A stretch of DNA of 32,000 nt from Geotalea uraniireducens Rf4. GTDB lineage: Bacteria; Desulfobacterota; Desulfuromonadia; Geobacterales; Geobacteraceae. Positions within the stretch are counted from its first letter, which is position 1. Each line of letters opens with the position of its first letter. The position numbers and the translations under genes were made by a program. The stretch is from positions 1,080,001 through 1,112,000 of the forward strand of contig NC_009483.1 of the NCBI RefSeq assembly GCF_000016745.1. The letters run 5' to 3'. Shown here one piece after another: positions 1 through 8,128 of the stretch. A model generated the notes under the pieces. That model searched no databases. It was not told the DNA's origin and saw only the letters and a list, made by a program, of their open reading frames with translations.

Positions 1-1282
1 CATCAAGATGCCCGGCTTGTCCGGCCTGGAGCTGTTGGATCGGGTGCGGGAGCTTAAGAGCGACCTCCTCGTGGTGATCATGACTGCCGAGGCGAGCATG
101 AAGAACGCCGTGGAAGCCATGAAACGGGGGGCCTACGATTACCTGACCAAACCGTTCGACCTGGATGTGATCGACGCCATTATCGAAAAGGTAAACAGGG
201 CGAGGGAGGTGACCTCCCAGGTGACCCTTCTCAAGGAAGAGCTGAAGGACCGCTACCAGCTGGAAAAGACCATTATCGGCAATTCTCCGGCCATGCGGGA
301 GATCTACAAGACCATCGGCAAGGTGGCCCCCAGCGACGTCACTGTCCTTGTTCAGGGGGAGTCGGGTACCGGCAAGGAGCTGATCGCCCGGGCCATCCAC
401 TTCAATTCGAAGCGGCTCGGAAAACCGTTCATCGCCCTTAACTGTGCGGCAATTCCCAAGGAGCTCCTGGAGAGCGAGCTGTTCGGTTTTGAAAAGGGGG
501 CGTTCACCGGCGCTACGGAGCGAAAGCTCGGCAAGTTCGAGCAGGCCAACGGCGGCACCATTTTCCTCGACGAGATCGGTGACATGCCCATCGACCTCCA
601 GGCGAAGATCCTCCGGGTCCTCCAGGAGAAAGAGGTGACGAGGACCGGCGGTAACCAGAGCATTAACGTTGATGTGCGCATTGTTGCTGCAACCAACCAG
701 GACCTGGAAGAGAGTGTGCGGCGCAAGGCGTTCCGCGAAGATCTCTATTATCGGCTCAATGTAATCCCGTTGCAACTGGTCCCGCTTCGGGAGCGGAACG
801 AAGATATTCCGCTTCTTGTGGAGTATTTCCTGGCGAAGATCTGTGCGGAGCTGGAGGTGCCGGTCAAGCGGTGCTCTTCCGACGCGCTCCGCCTCCTTAC
901 CGGCTACACCTGGCCGGGCAATGTCAGAGAACTGGAGAATACTCTCAAGCGGGCGGTCATCCTCTCGTCGGACCCGCTCCTGACCATTGCCGACTTTCCC
1001 GGACTGCGCGTCCAGAAGGGTGGCGAACTGGTTCAGAGCGAGGAGCTCTCTCTGGAAGGGATTGTCGACATCAAGCTGCGCGGATCATTCACCAACATGG
1101 AGAAGATGGAGAGCGGCGACGTCTACACCATGGTGTTGGAACAGGTGGAGCGGCCGCTGATCCGCTTCGTCCTGGAGAAGACCAGGGGGAACCAGGTGCG
1201 GGCAGCCGACATCCTCGGCATTAACCGGAACACCCTGCGGAAGAAGATAACCGAGCTGGGGATAGAGGTGAAGAGGGATTAG
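1..1282 (+). CDS. Sigma-54-dependent response regulator (NtrC/AtoC family), N-terminus cut off by window edge
   Basis: ORF 8..1282 stays open in frame back to base 2. The sequence ..[12 protein letters not shown] is the middle of a CheY-like receiver. AAA+ sigma-54 interaction domain has Walker A GESGTGKE and a canonical GAFTGA loop (EKGAFTGA). C-terminal Fis-type HTH is [21 protein letters not shown]. Stop TAG at 1280-1282. Confidence 0.9.
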   Translation, partial: IKMPGLSGLELLDRVRELKSDLLVVIMTAEASMKNAVEAMKRGAYDYLTKPFDLDVIDAIIEKVNRAREVTSQVTLLKEELKDRYQLEKTIIGNSPAMREIYKTIGKVAPSDVTVLVQGESGTGKELIARAIHFNSKRLGKPFIALNCAAIPKELLESELFGFEKGAFTGATERKLGKFEQANGGTIFLDEIGDMPIDLQAKILRVLQEKEVTRTGGNQSINVDVRIVAATNQDLEESVRRKAFREDLYYRLNVIPLQLVPLRERNEDIPLLVEYFLAKICAELEVPVKRCSSDALRLLTGYTWPGNVRELENTLKRAVILSSDPLLTIADFPGLRVQKGGELVQSEELSLEGIVDIKLRGSFTNMEKMESGDVYTMVLEQVERPLIRFVLEKTRGNQVRAADILGINRNTLRKKITELGIEVKRD

Positions 1283-1285
1283 AAG

Positions 1286-1488
1286 CTGGGAACTGGGAAC
1301 TGGGAACTGGGAACTGGGAACTGGGAACTGGGAACTGGGAACTGGGAACTGGGAACTGGGAACTGGGAACTGGGAACTGGGAACTGGGAACTGGGAACTG
1401 GGAACTGGGAACTGGGAACTGGGAACTGGGAACTGGGAACTGGGAACTGGGAACTGGGAACTGGGAACTGGGAACTGGGAACTGGGAA
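1286..1488. repeat. Perfect tandem heptanucleotide repeat (CTGGGAA) x 29
   Basis: Counted directly. First unit is 1286-1292 and last unit is 1482-1488, giving 203 nt = 29 x 7 with no variant position. It starts 3 nt after the regulator stop codon and ends 57 nt before the ATG at 1546. Confidence 0.97.
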
Positions 1489-1545
1489 ATTAGATTTTAC
1501 TGATCCCCGATCCCCGTTCCCTGATCCCAAATAAAGGGGGATACA

Positions 1546-2109
1546 ATGGGTGTGAAGGACAAGTTTTTTCTGGACAGGAACAACGCAGTACTGATGGTAA
1601 TCGATGTGCAGGAAAAACTGTGCAGGGCCATGGACGAGAAGGTACTGGCGAAGCTCACTGCCAACGTCTCCGTTCTCCAGGAAGCTGCGGTTGAGCTGGG
1701 AATTCCCGTCCTGGCCACCGAGCAGTATGTAAAGGGACTGGGTGAAACCCTGCCGGAGTTGAAGGGGAAGCTTTGCTCTCCGGCGCTGGAAAAAATGACC
1801 TTCAGCTGCTGCGGGGATGACAACTTTACCGCCGCTTTGAAGAAACTGGGGCGCAAGCAGATCATCATCACCGGTATGGAGACCCATGTCTGCATCTTGC
1901 AAACGGTTATCGAGCTGCTTGATGCGGATTATGTTGTTCATTTGGTGAACGATGCGGTGATGAGCCGTAAGAAGGAAAACTGGCAGGTAGGGGTGAATGC
2001 CGCTGCGGCGGCAGGGGCGGTGATAACCTCTACCGAGGCGGCATTGTTCCAGTTGCTCAAGGTCGCCGGTACCGACGAATTCAAGAAGCTGTCGAAACTG
2101 GTGCGGTGA
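1546..2109 (+). CDS. Isochorismatase-family (cysteine) hydrolase
   Basis: 187-aa ORF with SD AAGGGGGA 6 nt upstream of the ATG. It has the VIDVQ acid motif and the ITGMETHVCILQT cysteine motif typical of the isochorismatase/nicotinamidase fold. A hairpin terminator follows. Confidence 0.8.
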   Translation: MGVKDKFFLDRNNAVLMVIDVQEKLCRAMDEKVLAKLTANVSVLQEAAVELGIPVLATEQYVKGLGETLPELKGKLCSPALEKMTFSCCGDDNFTAALKKLGRKQIIITGMETHVCILQTVIELLDADYVVHLVNDAVMSRKKENWQVGVNAAAAAGAVITSTEAALFQLLKVAGTDEFKKLSKLVR

Positions 2110-2200
2110 AACAAGTGAGACGTGAGGCCAGTGTCGTATTGACTTAAGCCTTCAAGCTGGGCAGCAATCATGTATGGTACAGTTCATTAATTAAAGAATC

Positions 2201-2237
2201 AAAAAAGCCCGGGGATCTCTCCCCGGGCTTTTTGCTG
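2201..2237. terminator. Rho-independent terminator hairpin, copy 1 of 3 of an identical module
   Basis: Sequence is AAAAAAGCCCGGGGA-TCTC-TCCCCGGGCTTTTTGCTG. A 9-bp GC stem is flanked by an A-run and a T-run, so it can act in both directions. The identical string recurs at 3423-3459 and 7505-7539. Confidence 0.8.
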
Positions 2238-2449
2238 TCGTATCTTCTCCTTTCATTTGCCTTATTCGTATTTCTTATCGGTCAGCGACAAATAAAACCT
2301 GATTCCCTCTTCTCCCGATGTTCGAATATCAAAAGGAACTCTTTAACTGCTTGCAAAGTCGCGAAGATTGCTTTAATAGTAAAAACTAATCATTTCGCTC
2401 AATCTATTAGCAATGCTAATGGGCAAAACAAAAACATAGGGATAACGGA

Positions 2450-3391
2450 ATGGAAACGCTCTATTTGAAGACTCTTGTTGTGGCGGTTGATTCAGGAAGC
2501 TTTTCCAAGGCGGCAACGGTACTGAACATAACGCAATCTGCCGTCTCGCAGCGGATCAAGTTTCTGGAGGATCGCTATGGTTACCAGTTACTGGATCGAT
2601 CTGGTCCGGTTCTGGTTGCCACGGAAGCAGGCAGGGTGGTTCTGGCAAAAGCAGAAGAGATACTGCGTATTGAATCTGAGCTCAGCAACGAACTGAAGCA
2701 CATGGAGGGTAAACCACGCCTTTCTCTCTGCTGTACACCAACCTTCGGCATCGTCTATCTCCCCAACGTGTTGAACAGGTTCATTTTGCAAAATGCGGAC
2801 ATCGTTGACCTGAAATTCATGTTTTATACCCCTGAACAGGCAATAAAGGGTTTGCATGAAAACGAGTTCGACGTGGGGGTTATTGAACACTGTGAGGCAC
2901 TGGAACTTTCAGAGTTCAAGACGTTTCAACTACCCCGCGACGAGCTGGTTTTTATCAGTTCGCCCGGCTTGCAACTACCATCAATGGACGTGGATATCGA
3001 CCATCTGTTGCATCACCGCTTGATAGCCCGCAAAGTCGGTTGCAGTTCCAGGAAACTGCTCGAGCTGAACATGACTGCTATAGGGAGAAGTCTGAAAGAT
3101 TTCAAGAGGATGATCATCTATGACGACTTACGTTTGACTATCGATACCGTCATTGGCGGGGGAGGTATCGCGTTTGTATCCAGAAGCCTCGTGAAAAAAC
3201 AACTTGAGGAAGGTTCGCTCCTTGAGCATCGACTGCCTGGTTTTACCCATAATCGCTTTCGCACTGTTGCTCTAAACAAAAAAAGAACTCCGGATAAAGT
3301 TCTTCAGAATTTTATGGATTGCATTTTTACCACGTTCCCATCGGTTTCGGTGGAAGAAGAGGGGGATTCAAACCAGAATTGTCGACTATGA
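2450..3391 (+). CDS. LysR-family transcriptional regulator
   Basis: 313-aa ORF. N-terminal wHTH is FSKAATVLNITQSAVSQRIKFLEDRYG, followed by a LysR substrate-binding-type C-terminal region. The gene and its upstream region look more AT-rich than their neighbours. Confidence 0.88.
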   Translation: METLYLKTLVVAVDSGSFSKAATVLNITQSAVSQRIKFLEDRYGYQLLDRSGPVLVATEAGRVVLAKAEEILRIESELSNELKHMEGKPRLSLCCTPTFGIVYLPNVLNRFILQNADIVDLKFMFYTPEQAIKGLHENEFDVGVIEHCEALELSEFKTFQLPRDELVFISSPGLQLPSMDVDIDHLLHHRLIARKVGCSSRKLLELNMTAIGRSLKDFKRMIIYDDLRLTIDTVIGGGGIAFVSRSLVKKQLEEGSLLEHRLPGFTHNRFRTVALNKKRTPDKVLQNFMDCIFTTFPSVSVEEEGDSNQNCRL

Positions 3392-3422
3392 TAATTGAAA
3401 CCGTACAGTCCAACTGCTCCAT

Positions 3423-3459
3423 AAAAAAGCCCGGGGATCTCTCCCCGGGCTTTTTGCTG
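3423..3459. terminator. Bidirectional rho-independent terminator, copy 2 of the identical module
   Basis: Same 37-nt string as at 2201-2237. It lies between the convergent LysR gene (+, ends 3391) and cytochrome paralog A (-, ends 3486). Confidence 0.85.
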
Positions 3460-4045
3460 CGCTGGCACTTCCTTTCGTTACTTTGCTACAGGGTTACGGT
3501 GATGTAGTTGTACTTGCTGTCCACCTGCACTCCGTTTTTGTAGACGAGCACCGTCAGCTTTTTCGTGCCGGTTGTGGCATAAATATGATTGGCAGTGGCC
3601 GAACTGCCGGCGGCGCCCACGTGCGGCAGGGTGGTCGAAGTCCCGTCGGCCCAGATGATCCGCAGGGAGTCGTGGTCCTTCAGGTTGCCGAAGGTGTAGG
3701 TGCTTGAAATCCCTCTTCTGGCAGTGGTCGGACCGATGGTCATCCCGACAACGGGCGGGTTAACCACGTTGAGTGTCCTGGATACTGTTGCCGTTTTCCC
3801 TTCCTCATCGGTCACCTTGAGGGTGACGGCGTAGGTGCCGAGGGTGGAGAAGGTCTTGCTGGCGGATGGTCCGCCGGCAGTGGTGCCGTCGGTAAAGGAG
3901 AGGCTGTAGGTAAAGAAGCCGTTGCTGTTGACCCCGGTATCGGCGGACAGGGTATAAGGGGTGTTGACCACCAGCTGATACCCAGCGGTATTGGGGTCGG
4001 CATCGGGGAAGCCGGCAGGAAACTGGGCGACGGGATCAACTCCGA
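3423..4045 (-). repeat. Duplicated 3' module, copy A (terminator + PKD-like C-terminal domains); partner at 7505..8128
   Basis: Aligned by eye at offset +4080, becoming +4083 after one 3-nt indel. The terminator is identical. The next ~300 nt differ at roughly one position in ten. Similarity decays by about 4045/8128. Confidence 0.85.
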
Positions 4046-6983
4046 AACCTGTTTTTGCCTGTTGTGCCGGGTCGGCAAAGCTGTTCAGATAGGCAACCCA
4101 TGCCTTCCGGTCACTGGTTGCCACGGCTGCGCCGGTCTGGTCTGTGGTTATTCCTTTGTACTGCTTGTCAATCCATAGAGATCCGGCCAGCCCGAGTGGT
4201 CCGGCATCGCTCTGAGGATGGATGCGGACGCTGTAGCCGTTGCGCCCTTCGATGAGGAGCCCGCTGCCGTTGGCCCTGATGCCGAATTCCGGCTGTCCTC
4301 CGCTGTAAGAGGTGCCGTCCCAGGTTCCGGTGAATGCAGCGCCGAGGTTAGTGAGGAGACCGGCCATATCGGTGACAAGGGCCGACACCTGTTTCGTTCG
4401 GGTTACGACCGTTACGCCGGAGTTGTTGGTGGCTTCAATCTTGAGCAGCCACCCCTGGCTGGTGGTAGTGGTGCTTGTTGCTGCCGGGAACGTGATGGCA
4501 GTCCCGCTGATACTGGTGTTAAAGGCAGTATTACGGGCCTTGAAGGCGTTTTCATACAGCCCTTCGCTGCGATCGATGTCGCGGATTGTGGTCGCGTTGG
4601 AGGCGAATTGAACTGCAAGCGAGCGAACACCGCTTCTTTCCTTGACTCCGGGATGGAAATCCGAGGGCTGGGTGGAGGCGTTGACCGAGGCGAACGGGGT
4701 AACCTGTGCGCCGCCGCCGGTCCAGGACATATTCAGGGTATCCCCTTTGACAACGAACTTGCCGTTATAGAAGCCGCCTGCAGTGGTGTCGCCGATGGTT
4801 CCCGCAGAACTGGCGCTGGTGGACCCTTTGTGGCAGTCGCCGCAGCCGCCTGATCCCCAGGCAGAGTCGGCTGGGGAGATGTCATGGTTCGTTTTGAACG
4901 TAACCCCCATGAAAGAGAGCTTGGTTACATGGGTCTTGGTATTATTGCCTGTGGAACCCGGTGTCGATTTAAGGCCAAGCTGGTATTCAAGATCACGGTC
5001 AATGGCGTTGATGTGGTCGCTGATATCTGCTGCAGTGACGGTACCAAGCTGGGTAAGCGCAACCAGTTGTTGACCGGGCCGTAATGAATAGGTATTAGCC
5101 TTGTTGATGTTTGCCACGTGGGTTTGCAGGAGGGAATCCATCCCACCGGCTCTGCCGTCGTTGTTGGCGTCAAAATTGACATCATTTTTGTCTCGCCAGA
5201 AGAGTGATGTGGAGAGATTGGCAGCCGTCAGTTTGTTTCCTTGCCAGGCCATGAAGTTATTATTGGTCATGTTCTGGCGGGTTACATTCTCGTTCTCATG
5301 ATCGGCAAGCCGTCCTTCGGCATCGTTGCCGGTGCCGTCAACCATGGCTCCGCCGGTGAAGTTCCCCAGTTTTCGTGAATGGCAGGCTTCACAGGCGATC
5401 AGGTCGAGATGGCCGACGTTGGCCGTGCCGTTCATGGTCCCCCCCTGCTGGACAATCTTTGCGGTCAGACCTTTCGCCTGATGTGCAGCCGTGGGATTCG
5501 GTGCACCGTGGGTCTCGTAGGAGATGACGCTCTGGGTTGCCGGATCGAAATCCCCACCATAGATATGACAGCCGCTGCAGTTCTTGGTGGTGTTGTCCGT
5601 TGCATTCCAGAGGGATTCGTAGGCGCCGTTACCCTTGGCTGGATCGCACTGGCCGAGTTTTTTCGAATCGTCGCCGGGGCTGGCCGAGCTGATGTTGTTA
5701 AAGCCGTAGGTACCCTTGAGGCCCGTGAAGCCGGAAGTCCCTACTTTGGAGAAATCAGCGTCCTTGCGTTTGTGGCATCCCATACAGCCCATGCTGTAAT
5801 GGACTTCGGCGGTACCGGACCAGGTGTCACCCCTCTTTTTCCAGTCAACGGCATGTTCAGCCATGTGGCAGCCGACGCAATTGTTGGAATCGGGAGTGGC
5901 CAGAATGTTGCCGGCGACCGTGCCGGCCAGCTTGAGGGCGGAGTTGTCCCCGGTCGGCACGACTTTCAACGGGTCGTAGGTAACATTGACGCCATCTGTC
6001 GGACTTGCAGCACCGAGCAGCGCGCCGGTTGTTCGTGAAGCATCGAATTTGCCGGTACGAACCGCTTTTTTGCGCTCTTCCCAGGAATAATCCTTCAGGT
6101 GGCACATCAGGCAATCCATTTCAAGGACGCCGGTCTGGCTGTAATCGTTCTGAACCGCCGCATAGCTGGCTGGGGTGCCGTCCGTATTGAAGCCGTCACC
6201 GCGGCTGCCGTAAACATCGATGAAGTAGTTGAAAGCGGTTACAGCACTCCCGAAGAAATAATCACGCAAAGAGGTCCGCACTTCCGGACTTTTGCCGGGA
6301 ACGTACTCATTGGCGCCGCCACCCACATGGCATTCAGCGCAATCCCGCATGGAGCCGGCCATGGAGTTGTCGACCCTGGCCTTGAACAGCTGTTGCGCAG
6401 TAAGGCCGGGAAGTAGGGCCGCACTGGTGGGAAATGAAGCATCACCGTATGTGGTGCCGTAATCATAGGGGCTGAACGTTGTAAAGGGGTTATTCTTGAA
6501 TTTTGCCGCAGTTCCATCGTAGGTCGTTCCTGCACCATCTTTGAATAATCTCGCCAACTGGCGAGCGGAGGGTGGTCACCACGCCCCCACATGGCCGGGG
6601 CCCTGGACCCAGTTTTTGCCCTGGGGACCAGCGCCACTGACGACGGGATCCCCGGAATCGGGGTTCCAGTTGTTCCACCCCCGTTGTTCGTTTGAGGCCA
6701 GTTGGGCGTGATAGCTGTGCCGCTCGATCTGGTCATAGCTTAGCAGAGCTTTGCCGGACGAGGGGGCAATGGTTGAACCATTATGGCAGGCGCCACAGGT
6801 GTTCTTCATGCTGAAAGCCTTGGTGCTGCCGGGGGTGATCGGGTTTCCGCCGGCCGGGCCTGCATCACGGAGCAGTATGTTGTCGTGGGCCGGATTGTAA
6901 GCCACTGCTGTTCCAGCAATTAGAAGAACTGCGCTGGAAATCAGGCCAAGCTTCAATCGGCCATAGGCTGATATTCTTGTCAT
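3486..6983 (-). CDS. Candidate selenocysteine-containing octaheme c-type cytochrome with C-terminal PKD-like domains (paralog A, 1165 aa if UGA 6578-6576 is decoded)
   Basis: ORFs 6576..6983 and 3486..6557 are in the same frame. They are separated only by one TGA plus 6 sense codons (135+1+6+1023 aa = 3498 nt including the stop). The upstream ORF has SD AGGAGG, a signal peptide (LISSAVLLIAGTAVA) and one CXXCH (CGACH). The downstream ORF has 7 CXXCH (CAECH, CLMCH, CVGCH, CMGCH, CSGCH, CEACH, CGDCH). Its nominal TTG start has no SD and no signal peptide. The C-terminus has a PKD-like pattern (TYSLSFTDGTT...TLKVTDEEGKTATVSR). Confidence 0.6.
6550..6578 (-). promoter_or_regulatory. In-frame UGA plus SECIS-like hairpin (paralog A)
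   Basis: Minus strand reads UGG-UGA-CCACCCUCCG-CUCGCC-AGUU-GGCGAG. There is a 6-bp stem and a 4-nt loop, and the stem starts 10 nt after the UGA. Geometry matches the paralog B site. The outer stem pair is C-G here and U-A in paralog B, a compensatory change. Confidence 0.55.
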
Positions 6984-7504
6984 GTCGGTGTCTCTCCTCC
7001 TGAATTGGATGCCACCATGGGAAAGCCTTGCTTGCTTCCGCTGGTGGAGGTTGTTGTCAATATCGCCTCTGATGCGGTGGGTTTATCTTTTCCTCGATCC
7101 TCCTTTGGAATTTTTTCTTCGCGAGGTTTTGCTGTCTGGGGGGACAGGCCGCCCGGAAGCATTCAGGACGAAACTTCAAAACCTCTTGCAAACGGGAAAA
7201 CGAAACGCTTGTTATTGCCAAGCACGAATTAATCCTGAACCTCGACTAATGTGTCGTATTGTTTTGCATACCGTCATGAATAAAACTTATAAATTTATGT
7301 TTACTGGATTTCCGGAGCAGCTTGAGGGGTAGACGAAGGGAAAAAACAATATTTTGCATCAAAGATAGGATAGTGTGGCTTTTTCATAACGGCATTGAAA
7401 TTGTGAACTGTGGGGGATATGACGCAGAAGGGTAAAGAGAGTCGTCGTGTTGGGGATTTTCCCCCATTGACTGCCATGATATCAAAGATGGGAATAGTAA
7501 AATT

Positions 7505-7539
7505 AAAAGCCCGGGGATCTCTCCCCGGGCTTTTTGCTG
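7505..7539 (-). terminator. Rho-independent terminator, copy 3 of the identical module
   Basis: Sequence AAAAGCCCGGGGATCTCTCCCCGGGCTTTTTGCTG lies 26 nt downstream of the paralog B stop (7566). It is identical to the copies at 2201 and 3423. Confidence 0.85.
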
Positions 7540-8128
7540 CGTTGACACTTCCTTTCGTTACTTTGCTACAGGGTTACGGTGACGTAGTTGTACTTGCTGT
7601 CCACCTGCACCCCGTTCTTGTAGACGAGCACTGTCAGTTTCTTCGTGCCGGTAGTGGCATAAATATGGCTGGTAGTGGCCGAACTGCCGGCGGCACCCAC
7701 GTGCGGCAGGGTGGTCGAAGTCCCGTCGGCCCAGATGATCCGCAGGGAGTCGTGGTCCTTCAGGTTGCCGAAGGTGTAGCTGGTGGAGATCCCTCTTTTG
7801 GCCGTGGTCGGACCGATGGTCATCCCCCCGACAACCGGCGGGTTGACCACGTTGATGGCCCTGGATACGGTTGCCGTCTTCCCTTCCTCATCGGTCACCT
7901 TGAGGGTGACTGATGAGGTGCCGATGGTGGAGAAGGTCTTGCTGACGGATGGCCCGCTGACAGTGGTGCCGTCGGTAAAGGAGAGGCTGTAGGTGAACGA
8001 GCCGTTTGTGTTGACGCTGGTATCCGCCGCCAGGGTGTAGGGTGTGTTGACTACCAGCTGGTAGCCGGAGGTGTTCGGGTCGGCGTCCGGGAAGCTGGCG
8101 GCGAACTGGGCGACCGGGTCTACGCCGA
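7505..8128 (-). repeat. Duplicated 3' module, copy B; partner at 3423..4045
   Basis: See the partner entry. The last ~190 aa of both paralogs are nearly the same (GVDPVAQF...NGVQVDSKYNY(I/V)TVTL). Confidence 0.85.

Noticed and set aside
1286-1488. Possible CRISPR array
   Set aside because: The units are 7 nt and directly abutting, with no spacers. No cas genes are in the window.
1279-1941. 220-aa minus-strand ORF ending in (FPVPSSQ)n
   Set aside because: Its N-terminal two-thirds is antisense to the well-supported isochorismatase-family gene. The repeat part is simply the heptamer read in three phases. It has no start context.
7206-7221. TTGGCAATAACAAGCG (minus strand) as a sigma-54 promoter for paralog A
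   Set aside because: The GG-to-GC spacing is one nucleotide short of the invariant -24/-12 spacing. The nearby TGGCATCCAATTCAGG (about 7007-7022) lacks the GC and overlaps the SD region.
7410-7913. 167-aa plus-strand ORF, and its twin at 3483-3707
   Set aside because: These are mirror-image ORFs created by the duplicated 3' module of the cytochrome paralogs. They are antisense to PKD-like coding sequence and run through the terminator hairpin.
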